Shown here: positions 52,811 through 62,672 of the stretch, piece after piece | Position numbering within the stretch: position 1 is the stretch's first letter | How the letters are laid out: each line of letters opens with the position of its first letter | Assembly (NCBI GenBank): GCA_905479685.1 | Contig: CAJQNJ010000006.1 | Coordinates: forward strand, 20,111-84,110 | DNA: 64,000 nt | Direction of reading: 5' to 3' | From: an uncultured Acidimicrobiales bacterium | GTDB lineage: Bacteria > Actinomycetota > Acidimicrobiia > Acidimicrobiales > SHLQ01 | Translations under genes and position numbers: made by a program | The notes under the pieces: model-generated | Databases searched by the model: none | Told to the model about the DNA's origin: nothing | Seen by the model: only the letters and a program-made list of their open reading frames with translations

Positions 52811-54664
52811 TCAGATTCGCTGCGCCTTCTTGCCTTCGACCATGTCGGCCTTGGCCGTGCGCACACCCTCGAGATCGCTCACCTCAGGAACGCCCACCTC
52901 CCAGAACGAGCCACCCTCGGTCCAACTGTACGCATCGGTGACGAGCGCGATCACATACGTGCCGTCGGCTGCTCTGGCCCGCCCAAATGCGTCTTCGAGC
53001 TCGTCGATCGATGTCACCGTCTCGCTCGTAGCACCCATGGCCTCGGCATGTTTTGCGAAGTCGACAGGCACCGGATTGACCACGGTGGGATTGTCCTTGA
53101 TCAGATTGTTGTACGGCTCTCCGCCCATGTTGGTCTGCAGGCGATTGATCACCGCGAAGCCACCGTTGTCACACACGATCACGATCATCTTGTGACCGTG
53201 GATCACCGAGCTGTAGATATCGCTGTTGAGCATCATCCAAGAGCCGTCACCGGTGAACACGACAACTTCCTTGTCGGGCATCGCCATCGCTGCGCCCCAG
53301 CCCCCGCTCGTCTCGTACCCCATACAGCTGAAGCCATATTCGCAGTCGAAGCTGTTGAGGTATTTGGCACGCCACCCGTTGTTGACCTCTCCGGGGAATC
53401 CACCAGCAGCTGCGAGCGCATAGGTGTTCTCATCGGCCAGTCGATCGATTGCGCCCACGACCTGTGCATACGTTGGTAGACCGCTATCGCTCGTCGCTTC
53501 CTTCGCCGCGATCTTGTCGATGTAGGCGTTGTGCTGCGCGACCTCGGTTGCCATCGTGGTCGACCAATCGTCGCCTGCTCGATACTCGCCCAGTGCCTCA
53601 CCAAGTTCGACGAGCGTCTCCTTGGCGTCTCCGACCAATGCCATCGAGTGTCGCTTGGTGGCGTCGAACCGGGCCGTGTTGAGCCCAATGATCTTGACGT
53701 TCTCGTTCTTGAAGACGGTCCACGAACCGGTCGTGAAATCGAGAAGCCGTGTACCGACTGCGAGAACGACGTCAGCCTCCGCAGCAAGGGCGTTGGCAGA
53801 CGATCCTCCGGTCACGCCGATCGGTCCGCCGTACATCGAATGATTCCATTCCACGCACGCCTTACCCGCCACGGTCTCGACGACTGGAATGTTGTGGGTG
53901 TCAGCAAACGCAGCGAGCTCGGCTTCGGCCAGCGAGTAATGCACGCCCCCACCAGCGACGATCAAAGGTTTCTTCGCAGTTCGAAGCGCTGCTGCTGCAG
54001 CTTCGAGTTGCCGACGATCGGCGCGAGGTCGAGAGATGTCGTGTACGCGTTCATCGAACCACTGCTCCGGGAAGTCCCATGCCTGCGCGCCAACATCTTG
54101 GGGAAGCCCGAGGAACGCTGGTCCGCAGTCGGCTGGGTCGAGCATGGTCTGAATCGCATGTGGCAGAGAGCTGGTGAGCTGTTCGGGTCGCGTGATCCGA
54201 TCCCAATAGCGGGTCACCGCACGGAAGCTGTCATTCACGGTTTGTGTGGGGTCGCCGAAGTGTTCGACTTGCTGGAGGACCGGATCGGGGAGACGACTGG
54301 TGAACGTGTCACCCGAGATCAACAGCAGTGGCAGACGGTTGCTGTGTGCAACACCAGCAGCGGTGACCATGTTCGTCGCACCGGGTCCGACCGAACTCGT
54401 CGCAACCATGATCTGACGCCGGCGCGTTGCCTTTGCGTAGGCCACGCCAGCAAGCGCCATACCCTCTTCGCTCTGGCCACGGAAGGTCGGGAGCTCGCTC
54501 TTTGCGCGCTCGAGCGCATGGCCGAGTGATGTCACGTTGCCATGTCCGAAGATCCCGTACACGCCGCCAAAAAGTGGTCCGACAGAACCGTCCTTGAGCA
54601 CCGATTTCTGCGCAATCAAATACCGGACGATCGCCTGCGACGTAGTCAATCGAATCGTGCTCAT
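52811..54664 (-). CDS. iolD: 3D-(3,5/4)-trihydroxycyclohexane-1,2-dione acylhydrolase (ThDP-dependent)
   Basis: 617 aa. MSTIRLTTSQAIVRYL N-terminus and a GDGS ThDP motif region, typical of IolD. Confidence 0.9.
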   Translation of the reverse strand: MSTIRLTTSQAIVRYLIAQKSVLKDGSVGPLFGGVYGIFGHGNVTSLGHALERAKSELPTFRGQSEEGMALAGVAYAKATRRRQIMVATSSVGPGATNMVTAAGVAHSNRLPLLLISGDTFTSRLPDPVLQQVEHFGDPTQTVNDSFRAVTRYWDRITRPEQLTSSLPHAIQTMLDPADCGPAFLGLPQDVGAQAWDFPEQWFDERVHDISRPRADRRQLEAAAAALRTAKKPLIVAGGGVHYSLAEAELAAFADTHNIPVVETVAGKACVEWNHSMYGGPIGVTGGSSANALAAEADVVLAVGTRLLDFTTGSWTVFKNENVKIIGLNTARFDATKRHSMALVGDAKETLVELGEALGEYRAGDDWSTTMATEVAQHNAYIDKIAAKEATSDSGLPTYAQVVGAIDRLADENTYALAAAGGFPGEVNNGWRAKYLNSFDCEYGFSCMGYETSGGWGAAMAMPDKEVVVFTGDGSWMMLNSDIYSSVIHGHKMIVIVCDNGGFAVINRLQTNMGGEPYNNLIKDNPTVVNPVPVDFAKHAEAMGATSETVTSIDELEDAFGRARAADGTYVIALVTDAYSWTEGGSFWEVGVPEVSDLEGVRTAKADMVEGKKAQRI

Positions 54665-54860
54665 GCGGTGAGCCTCCTAGCTGAAGTGAAGATGGAAGGC
54701 GGGCTTGCGGTGTGGACCGAACGTGGTGGTGCAGGTGACCAGCGGTCCGTCGAGCGCGGCCCGACGTTGTGTAGCGAGCAAAGCGATGCGGAGCGGGAGG
54801 GCGGCGCCGACGGGACGATGGTCGGCAGAGCAGCCAAGCCCGGCGAGGAGAGCAGGCGCA

Positions 54861-56033
54861 TCACGGCATGCTCAGATTCACGACGTCTTGCCAGGTGCCG
54901 GTCTCGGTCGACTTGAGGAGCGCCGCTTGCACGCTCACGTAGTCGACTGCTTCCTTGAAACTCGCTGAGTGTTTCGTCCCGGACGCGACGGCCTTGAGGA
55001 ACTCATAGTCCTCGATCGTAATGAGATCTTCGAACGCGATGCTGTTCGCGTCACCGGGCACGAAGTTGCCGTGATACGGATACCGATCACCGCCGCGTAC
55101 GGTCGTGTACCCCCGGGCTTCGTCCTTGAGAAGGAACAACCCCATCTCGTTCATGGTTTCGAGGTTCCAGTTCGCTGCGCCCTTGGTGCCATAGACGTCG
55201 AACGCGTTCTGGCTTTCGGGGCCGATGATCGACCGACTCGTCTCGAACGTTCCGATTGCGCCGTTCTCGAACTCGCAGAATGCGCCGAAGTAGTCCTCGT
55301 TCGTCACCGGTCCGGTTGGGTCGCCCGCTTCGCCCCGTTCGTAGTGGGTTCCGCCCGCCTTGGGGAGGGGCCGCTCGGTGATGAACGTCTTCTGCATTCC
55401 CATCACGCGTGTGATCGGGCCGACCAACATGTGGGCAAGATCCATCGAATGGCTGAGGATGTCCGTGCTCACGCCATACCCAGCCTGATCCACCTCGAAC
55501 CGCCACGAGAGCAACCCAAGCGGGTCTGACCCGTACATGGAAAAGAAGCGGCCGCGGTAGTTCGTGATCTCGCCGAGTTCGCCGTCCGCGATCAGGTTCT
55601 TCAAGTACTGCACGAGGGGAGCAAAGCGGTAGTTGTATCCAACACCGGTGACCACCTGCGCATCACGTGCCGCCTTCTCTGCCCGTACGGTCTGCTCGGG
55701 TTTGCCACCAACAGGCTTCTCACAAAAGATGTGCTTTCCTGCCTCGGCGGCGGCCACACAGATCTCTTCATGAAGCATGTTCGGTGCCGTGCAGGTGATC
55801 ACATCGATGTCGTCGCGGTCCATGACCTCGCGCCAGTCCGATACCGCCTCCTGAAAGCCGAAGCTGTGCACGGCTTGATCTCGCCGGTACTCCATGTTGT
55901 CAGCGCAGATCGCGAGTACCGGGTCGTATTCACGGTCCTCGAAGAGTTGCGGAATGCGCGCATAACTACGACTGTGTGCCTGCCCCATCCAGCCGAGACC
56001 GATGACGGCGATTCTGAGAGGTTGACGATCCAT
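54861..56033 (-). CDS. Gfo/Idh/MocA family oxidoreductase
   Basis: IAVIGLGWMGQAH, CEKP, and GYNYRF blocks. Confidence 0.8.
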   Translation of the reverse strand: MDRQPLRIAVIGLGWMGQAHSRSYARIPQLFEDREYDPVLAICADNMEYRRDQAVHSFGFQEAVSDWREVMDRDDIDVITCTAPNMLHEEICVAAAEAGKHIFCEKPVGGKPEQTVRAEKAARDAQVVTGVGYNYRFAPLVQYLKNLIADGELGEITNYRGRFFSMYGSDPLGLLSWRFEVDQAGYGVSTDILSHSMDLAHMLVGPITRVMGMQKTFITERPLPKAGGTHYERGEAGDPTGPVTNEDYFGAFCEFENGAIGTFETSRSIIGPESQNAFDVYGTKGAANWNLETMNEMGLFLLKDEARGYTTVRGGDRYPYHGNFVPGDANSIAFEDLITIEDYEFLKAVASGTKHSASFKEAVDYVSVQAALLKSTETGTWQDVVNLSMP

Positions 56034-56068
56034 GTTGATTTCCTTGACTGCGGGGGGTTTGTGCGGGG

Positions 56069-56983
56069 CTAGCGAGCGCCCAGGACGAGCGGGTTGAGGA
56101 GGTGCGTCGGTTCGTAGCCGGTGAGCGCCATCCTCACTTGTTCGAACGCCATGCGCTCCATGCGGGCGCGTCCAGCGCCCGTGTTGGAGGCGATGTGGGG
56201 GGTCACAACAACGTTGTCCATGTGGAGCAAGGGATGATCTGGGTCGAGCGGTTCGGGGTCGGTCACATCGAGGCCAGCACCCATGAGGTGACCGGATTCG
56301 AGCGCTGCCACGAGATCGTCGGTCACGACGACCGGTCCCCGAGCGCAGTTGATCAGCACGGAGCCACGTCGCATGTTGGCGAGAGCCGTCGCATCGATGA
56401 TGCCGGTGGTCTCGGGAGTCGCGGGCACATGAAGGGACAGAACATCACTCCGTTCGAGAAGCTCCTCGAAGGACACAGAATTGTCGTGCACGGGATCCGA
56501 CACGACCACCTCCATGCCGATCGCGCGTGCCATGCCCGCCACTGCTTGACCAATTCTGCCGTAGCCGAGCAGCCCGAGCGTCCGTCCGTTCAACTCCATG
56601 CTGTTCTGGCGGTTGACGTAGTCGCCCGTCGCAGCGCGGAGACGATTGGCGGAGGCGGTCAACTCGTGGCTGACTGCCATCATCAATGCGATGGTGTGCT
56701 CCGCGGTCGAGGTGGTCGGCCCTTCCGGGGTGTTCGTGACCATCACCTTGCGCTCGGTAGCAGCCGTCAGGTCAACAGCGTCATAGCCAATTCCGACGCG
56801 CGCGAGGACCTGCAGCTCTGGGAGCGTGTCGAGCACTTCAGCGGTGTACGGCTCACCACCCGCCATCACTGCTACCGCGCTCGGACGTGCGTCGAGCTCG
56901 GGGCCGACCGCAGTGAGACCAGCTTCTGCAAGTGGACCCCGTAGGTGTTCCGGACAGCCACGACAGAACCACACCGCCGTCAT
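56069..56983 (-). CDS. D-isomer-specific 2-hydroxyacid dehydrogenase family protein
   Basis: GLLGYGRIGQAVA NAD-binding motif, and NCARG ... PHIAS. I trimmed the start to the ATG at 56983; the longest ORF crosses the repeat element into iolB. Confidence 0.85.
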   Translation of the reverse strand: MTAVWFCRGCPEHLRGPLAEAGLTAVGPELDARPSAVAVMAGGEPYTAEVLDTLPELQVLARVGIGYDAVDLTAATERKVMVTNTPEGPTTSTAEHTIALMMAVSHELTASANRLRAATGDYVNRQNSMELNGRTLGLLGYGRIGQAVAGMARAIGMEVVVSDPVHDNSVSFEELLERSDVLSLHVPATPETTGIIDATALANMRRGSVLINCARGPVVVTDDLVAALESGHLMGAGLDVTDPEPLDPDHPLLHMDNVVVTPHIASNTGAGRARMERMAFEQVRMALTGYEPTHLLNPLVLGAR

Positions 56984-56996
56984 CGCCCAACCCCAG

Positions 56997-57102
56997 TTCT
57001 GTGCAGCATGATGCGCCGATCTGGCACCTGGCCCTGCACAGATCCGTGCGTGGGATTCTGTGCAGGGCGAGGTGTCGAACTGGCACCTGGCGCTGCACAG
57101 AA
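56997..57102. repeat. two tandem 59-nt units, each a 9-10 bp stem enclosing a 27-nt loop
   Basis: TTCTGTGCAG (56997-57006) pairs with CTGCACAGA (57034-57042). TTCTGTGCAG (57056-57065) pairs with CTGCACAGAA (57093-57102). Both loops share CTGGCACCTGGC. Confidence 0.7.
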
Positions 57103-57122
57103 CTGCAGCTTGTACTGCGGGG

Positions 57123-58067
57123 TCATCGGGATCTCCCGTGCGATGCGGACGGACCAACAGCGCTCATCAGAGGTAGACGAGCGTCCATCGGCTGGCCGGA
57201 CAGTTCGTCTCGTACCCAGTGATGCGTTGGGTCGTCACAGAACGCCATACTTCGGTCACCGCCTGGTCCGGCGAGCACGTTCAGGTAGTACATGTTGTAC
57301 CCCGGAGCAGCGATACACGGACCGTGGTAGCCACGCGGCACCAGGAAGACATCACCATCGCGCACGACGACATTCTCGTCGATCACAGGCAGGCCATCGT
57401 GCCCAATCCCCGTATAGGTGCGGTGCATGCCGAAGCCACGATCTGAGTATTCAGTAGCGCCGGCAGCGCCGATTCGGAAGTAGTAGATCTCTTCGTTGTT
57501 CACCTCACATTCGGGTGAATCGTCATGTTTGTGCGGCGGATACGACGACCAGTTCCCGTCAGGGGTGTAAACCTCGACACACATCAACTTGTTGGCTCCG
57601 GGAAATTGTTCGGGCGAGCAGAAGTTGTTGATCTGCCGGCTCGCCTGGCCACCACCTCGGAGCTCCACACTCACATCCTCCGAAGAGCCGTAGTGGAGTT
57701 CGGTGCGGTCCGTTGCACGAGCCGAGCACAGTGCCAGTTCAACTGGCTCCTCGCCGGTCGCGGTCAGGGTCATCGTCGTCTCGATCGGCACATATGCCCA
57801 ATCGGTCACCCGGGCAAAAACGGTGCCTCGTCCCTCGAGATCGAATCGCGTTCCTTCAGCCTCGACGGTGCTTGACGATCCCGAGAGCGGCACGATCGCG
57901 AACTCTTCAGACCCCGTATCGAATGTTCGAGAATCGCCCGGGGCGAGCGTCACCGTACGCAGTCCGCTGTAGGACCAGCCTGCATCTTCGGGGGTGAGAA
58001 CGATCGCATCATCCCCTGAGGCGAGCGACCCGTTGGGTCGGTGAAGCTGACGGGTCTCTATCGTCAT
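57123..58067 (-). CDS. iolB: 5-deoxy-glucuronate isomerase
   Basis: WSSYPPHKHD, and PRGYHGPCIAAPGYNMYYLNVLAG. Confidence 0.85.
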   Translation of the reverse strand: MTIETRQLHRPNGSLASGDDAIVLTPEDAGWSYSGLRTVTLAPGDSRTFDTGSEEFAIVPLSGSSSTVEAEGTRFDLEGRGTVFARVTDWAYVPIETTMTLTATGEEPVELALCSARATDRTELHYGSSEDVSVELRGGGQASRQINNFCSPEQFPGANKLMCVEVYTPDGNWSSYPPHKHDDSPECEVNNEEIYYFRIGAAGATEYSDRGFGMHRTYTGIGHDGLPVIDENVVVRDGDVFLVPRGYHGPCIAAPGYNMYYLNVLAGPGGDRSMAFCDDPTHHWVRDELSGQPMDARLPLMSAVGPSASHGRSR

Positions 58068-59020
58068 GTGCCGTCCCGTTCCTCGAGCAGTGTCTCGATG
58101 TCTTGGATCGTGGGCATGTCGTCAGCGCACATCAATCGACCAGCAACGATCGCTCCGGCAGCATTACCCCACTTGATGATCGTTTCGGGGTCCCAGCCCG
58201 AGAGCAGCCCGTGGCAGAACGCTCCCCCGAATGCATCACCCGAACCGAGACCGCAGACAACGTCGACCCAGTACGGAGGGACAGATACTCGCGTGCCGTC
58301 CGCGGTGGCGATCATGACTCCATCAGCGCCAAGCTTCATCACCGCCATCTCGAGACCAGCTTCGAGCAGCCGATCAGCGGCGAGATTCATGTCCCGCGTT
58401 CCGACGGCAATCTCACATTCGTCCTTGTTGCCTATGGCAATCGTGAACCGATCGAGCATCGGCCTGATGGCCTCACTCGCCTGCTCGGGTGAGTCCCAGA
58501 ACATCGGCCGCCAATCGAGGTCGAGAACCGTGTGGCTCTTTCGGCCACGGATCTCGAGGAGCTCGGTCACTGTCGCTGAGGATCGCTCATCGGAAAACCG
58601 CGACGCGGGCAGCCAGAAGATGGGGACTTCGCGGACAACGTCGGCATCGACGTCACCTGGATCGATGTTCTGGTCCGGTGCACGTGGCGATCGATAGAAG
58701 ATGATCGATGGGTCCTCAGGCGGATCCAGTTCGGCAAATGCCAGTGGTGTCTGGAGATCTGGATCGGTCGCAATGAAGCGATTATCGACGCCGAACGTGT
58801 GCTCGAGCGCGTGTCGGATGTAGTCGCCGAATTGATCGTCGCCCACTTTGGTCGCAAGCGCCACCTTGTGGCCGAGTCGTGCAGCGGCGACCGCGACATT
58901 GGTTGCCGTGCCCCCAACCGATTTCTGGAAGGTCGTCACGTTGCGCATCGGCTCACCGACTTGCAGCGCGTACAAATCGACGCTCACCCGCCCGATCGTC
59001 AAGAGCTCGAGCTCGGTCAT
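58064..59020 (-). CDS. iolC: 5-dehydro-2-deoxygluconokinase (PfkB family)
   Basis: GRVSVDLY ... GGTATNVA N-terminus and the GLGSGDAFGGAF C-terminal PfkB motif. Confidence 0.85.
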   Translation of the reverse strand: MTELELLTIGRVSVDLYALQVGEPMRNVTTFQKSVGGTATNVAVAAARLGHKVALATKVGDDQFGDYIRHALEHTFGVDNRFIATDPDLQTPLAFAELDPPEDPSIIFYRSPRAPDQNIDPGDVDADVVREVPIFWLPASRFSDERSSATVTELLEIRGRKSHTVLDLDWRPMFWDSPEQASEAIRPMLDRFTIAIGNKDECEIAVGTRDMNLAADRLLEAGLEMAVMKLGADGVMIATADGTRVSVPPYWVDVVCGLGSGDAFGGAFCHGLLSGWDPETIIKWGNAAGAIVAGRLMCADDMPTIQDIETLLEERDGT

Positions 59021-59835
59021 GCTGTTCCCCGCTCAACACTTCCGCTCGAGATCTCGGCGTAGAAGGACGCCAATTCGTCATCGGCGATCGGGACGAGCTG
59101 AGACTGGTCCGGAAACGCTCCCGCCGCAACGTCGGCCACATACTCAGCGAAGGCTGCGACTCGCTCGGTCTGAAGACGGTCTTCTTCGGCTGCCAGATCG
59201 CGATACTGCTTCGCATGTCGAGGTACGTGCCCTCGGTTGGTCCCAAGGATGTCTGTGGAGAAGAGGTACTGGGCGTCACAGCCGCCACCCGATCCCATCG
59301 AGATCATGTACAGCCCCGTGCGTTCCGAGATCGCTGTCGCCACTGCGGCAGGGACGACTTCGATCTCTGCGGCGAATGCGCCCGCCTCTTCGAGGGCCCT
59401 CGTCTGCTCGAATACCGCCATGGCGCTCGCTGCGGTCTTGCCAACGGCGCGGAATCCACCGGTCCACGTGCGTCGCGCCGGAATCAGACCGACATGACCG
59501 ACCACCGGAATCCCTTCGGCTCGCATACGCGAGATCGTCTCCAGACTGGCAGCGCTCCACACGGCATCGGCTCCGAGCTCCATCATCGAGAATCCGGCTC
59601 GGAGATAGTCGTCGGTGGTGACGTGCACCCCGTATTCCAACCCAGCAACCATGAAGGCCGACGGAGCCGCAAGGCGGTAGTCGTTGCTCATGATGCTGTC
59701 TTGCACCGTGATGATATCGATCCCACCCTCGTGCGCAGCGCGAGCTTCGTCCAGCGAATCGACATAGACATTCGTTCGTTGTCGTGAGCCCTTTTCGGCA
59801 AGGAGATCCGCCACGGTGGGACGCATCGAAGTCAT
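59017..59835 (-). CDS. PanB-family (3-methyl-2-oxobutanoate hydroxymethyltransferase-like, ICL/PEP-mutase superfamily) protein
   Basis: VVGHVGLIPARRTWTGGFRAVGK and MISMGSGGGCDAQYLFSTDILG align by eye with PanB blocks (GHIGLTPQ ... GGY ... GIGAG..CDGQ.LV..D.LG). Confidence 0.65.
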   Translation of the reverse strand: MTSMRPTVADLLAEKGSRQRTNVYVDSLDEARAAHEGGIDIITVQDSIMSNDYRLAAPSAFMVAGLEYGVHVTTDDYLRAGFSMMELGADAVWSAASLETISRMRAEGIPVVGHVGLIPARRTWTGGFRAVGKTAASAMAVFEQTRALEEAGAFAAEIEVVPAAVATAISERTGLYMISMGSGGGCDAQYLFSTDILGTNRGHVPRHAKQYRDLAAEEDRLQTERVAAFAEYVADVAAGAFPDQSQLVPIADDELASFYAEISSGSVERGTA

Positions 59836-59907
59836 GTCGAGCCTCCTCGGGAGGGATTCAGTACTACCAAAATGGGCAAGCCGTACCGGACACCCACACC
59901 TACTGGG

Positions 59908-60702
59908 CTAGCTGCCGTTCCCGGTCGTCGCCTGCTCGAGCTCGTGTTGAAGGGCCTCGAGCTCAGCACCGCCGGCCATGAGCGATGTCAGCTCCTGCTG
60001 GCTGATTTCTTCCTTGGCGAAGTTCCCCATCGACTGCCCGCGGTTGAGGATCAGAAAACGATCGCCAACCGGGTAGGCGTGGGCCGGGTTGTGCGTGATG
60101 AAGATCACACCGAGGCCACGCTTGGCCGCCTCGACGATGTAGCGCAGCACGACACCCGACTGTTTCACGCCGAGCGCTGACGTGGGCTCGTCGAGGATCA
60201 GCACCTTGGCTCCGAAATACACCGCTCGAGCGATGGCTACCGACTGTCGCTCACCACCCGAGAGCGTTCCGACCGTCTGTTCGGTGTCGCGGATGTCGAT
60301 GCCCATCTTGGCCATCTCTTCCTTGGCAATCTCCTTGGCCTTGCGCTTTTCGACCCATTGGATGGGCCAGCGGCCCTTAGTGGGCTCAGCACCGAGGAAG
60401 AAGTTTCGCCACACAGACATCAATGGAACCATCGCGAGATCCTGGTACACGGCAGCGATACCCACGTCGAGCGCCTCGCGAGGCGAGTCGAAGTTCACCC
60501 CTTGTCCCTCGAGCTTGAAGGTTCCTTCATCATGTTTGTGTACACCGGCGAGGATCTTGATGAAGGTCGACTTGCCAGCGCCATTGTCGCCCAGCACGCA
60601 GGTGACCTCCCCCGCGTTCACCTCGGTCGTGACACCTTGCAGGGCGATGATGTTGCCGTAGAACTTGCCTATGTTGTCGAGTTCCAGAAGTGCGTCGCTC
60701 AT
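59908..60702 (-). CDS. sugar ABC transporter ATP-binding protein (single NBD)
   Basis: GDNGAGKST Walker A, LSGGERQ signature, and LILDEPT Walker B. I trimmed the start to the ATG at 60702 (ATGA overlap with the permease stop). Confidence 0.9.
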   Translation of the reverse strand: MSDALLELDNIGKFYGNIIALQGVTTEVNAGEVTCVLGDNGAGKSTFIKILAGVHKHDEGTFKLEGQGVNFDSPREALDVGIAAVYQDLAMVPLMSVWRNFFLGAEPTKGRWPIQWVEKRKAKEIAKEEMAKMGIDIRDTEQTVGTLSGGERQSVAIARAVYFGAKVLILDEPTSALGVKQSGVVLRYIVEAAKRGLGVIFITHNPAHAYPVGDRFLILNRGQSMGNFAKEEISQQELTSLMAGGAELEALQHELEQATTGNGS

Positions 60703-62618
60703 CGTAGGTTCTCCGCTTTGGTCTTGATGAAGTTGTTGCCGATCACCGCGAGCAGCAGGATCGCCCCGAGGAACACGAACCGCCAGTCCGAGTTCCAATT
60801 CGAATTCGGAATTCCGAGTACCGACATCGCCATGATCACTGCGCCGATCGAGGCACCGATCGTGGATCCGTAGCCACCGGTGAGCATCGTGCCGCCGACC
60901 ACGGCAGCGATGATGTACTCGAACTCGAGTCCGTTACCTGTGTTTGCCTGCAGCGTGTTGATCCGGAAGGCGAGCAGAGTGCCCACCAACCAAGCTGCGA
61001 CGGAGACGAGCATGAAGAGTTGTGTCTTGGTGCGTGCTGCTGGCACACCGACCTGGCGCGAAGCCTGCTTGTTGCCACCGACAGCGAACACCCAACTGCC
61101 GAACTTCGTGCTCGCTAGTACCCAGGAACACGCAATGGTGAAGGCGACGAACCAGAGGATGCGAACGCTGTACTTCGCCGGTGCGATCCCCGCCTCGATC
61201 TCGGCATCGACCGTGAACAACAGCCGGATCAGCATGCCGATCAGGAAGATGAGCAGGCCGGCAATCGCGATCCTCGTACCGAGATGTTCGATGTGGATGT
61301 CGCTCGAACCGCGGTTCTGGAAGAAGTAGTTGGCAATGGCCCACGTGAGAGCGAGCGCCGACACGACGAGGATGATCGAAAAGGCCTCGTTGCGGAACTT
61401 CTCGGACTCGGATTCGGATTGTACGAAGAAGGCCATCAGAAGACCGATCACTGCCGTTCCGACGGTGAACGCGCTGGCCGACATACGCGACACTCGGCCT
61501 GCCTGGTGCACGCCAACCATCAGGGACACGAACCCAAGAGCACTTAAGCCGACGAAGAGAATCGCCCGCAGCCCCTGTTCGGTCGTGAGCGGGAGGACCT
61601 GCTCGTTGGAATCTGAGTCGAGGACGATGGCCGAGATCACACCGAGCACGATGAGGACGATCCCGATTCCGACCGAACGAACTGCATCGGAGGGCATCTT
61701 CAGCGTCCCTCGATCGCCCCGCATCTCGTATCGCCAGACGCCCAGCCCGAGGAAGCCGATCAACATGGCGGCGAGGCCCACGATTGCGCCGAACCAGTTT
61801 CCGGCGGTGTCGTCCGTGAGGTGCAGTATTGCCACACTCGCCACACCCAATGCGGCGCCAGCGACGAACATGATCATGCCGATCGGGTTGTGCTGCGCCT
61901 TCCGTTTGAAATGGAGTTCGTAGACAGCGATGACGACGAGCGACAGACCGACGATCACCAGGCCGGTGTAGAGGGCGTCGCGAAGCGCCCACTGATGATC
62001 ATTACGCTGCCATTCGTAGGCGAAGACCTTCTGGAAGAACTCGTAGCCCTTGTTCTCGCCCTTCAGGTCGTCCATCTTGCCAACCTGGATCTGGTCGACG
62101 ATGAGCTTTGCAAAGCCGAGCTTCATGCCTCGAAGTACGAAGAAGGTCGCAAGGGTGACGATGAAGCTCGGCAATCCCGTGCGCTCGACCATCGTGCCGT
62201 TCAGCCAGCCGAGCGCAAGAGCGACGATGAACGAAAGCGGAAGGGCAATCAACAGATGGAGACCGAGCCCACCGGCGGTGCCGGTCACATCGCGTACCAA
62301 CAACAGCGTCACGATGCCAAGCGCGCCCGTTGCAGCACCAGATGACAGATCGAATTCACCACCGATCATGAGCATCGCCACCGCAACGGCCATGATGCCA
62401 AGCGTTGCTGAAACATCGAGGATGTTCGAGGCACCACCCGCCGTGCCGAACGGTATTGACACCGCCCAGAAGAATGTCCAGATCGCGGTGGCGCCGAGGA
62501 CAGCGCCGATCTCGGGTCGGATGAAAAGCTTTTGGAAGACACCTTGGAACGAAAGGCGTTCGTCGTCCCCGGTTGCTGACTCAGCTTCGGCGGCGTCAGC
62601 CGTCACTACGTCGGTCAC
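60699..62618 (-). CDS. sugar ABC transporter permease (RbsC/XylH type) with a large internal polytopic insertion
   Basis: Canonical blocks [42 protein letters not shown] and [12 protein letters not shown] chose the GTG at 62618 (GGGGGA upstream), because the ATG at 62711 lies inside a strong hairpin. Confidence 0.85.
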   Translation of the reverse strand: MTDVVTADAAEAESATGDDERLSFQGVFQKLFIRPEIGAVLGATAIWTFFWAVSIPFGTAGGASNILDVSATLGIMAVAVAMLMIGGEFDLSSGAATGALGIVTLLLVRDVTGTAGGLGLHLLIALPLSFIVALALGWLNGTMVERTGLPSFIVTLATFFVLRGMKLGFAKLIVDQIQVGKMDDLKGENKGYEFFQKVFAYEWQRNDHQWALRDALYTGLVIVGLSLVVIAVYELHFKRKAQHNPIGMIMFVAGAALGVASVAILHLTDDTAGNWFGAIVGLAAMLIGFLGLGVWRYEMRGDRGTLKMPSDAVRSVGIGIVLIVLGVISAIVLDSDSNEQVLPLTTEQGLRAILFVGLSALGFVSLMVGVHQAGRVSRMSASAFTVGTAVIGLLMAFFVQSESESEKFRNEAFSIILVVSALALTWAIANYFFQNRGSSDIHIEHLGTRIAIAGLLIFLIGMLIRLLFTVDAEIEAGIAPAKYSVRILWFVAFTIACSWVLASTKFGSWVFAVGGNKQASRQVGVPAARTKTQLFMLVSVAAWLVGTLLAFRINTLQANTGNGLEFEYIIAAVVGGTMLTGGYGSTIGASIGAVIMAMSVLGIPNSNWNSDWRFVFLGAILLLAVIGNNFIKTKAENLR

Positions 62619-62672
62619 GTGTATTCCCCCTAGTTGCGTAATCCCCTCAGGTGAACGTTCGCTCCCCTGTTT

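Noticed and set aside
54661-54864. 67-aa ORF filling the spacer upstream of iolD.
   Set aside because: It overlaps both neighbouring genes, has Pro/Ser/Ala-rich low complexity, and has no RBS. I treat the region as non-coding (see the finding on this spacer).
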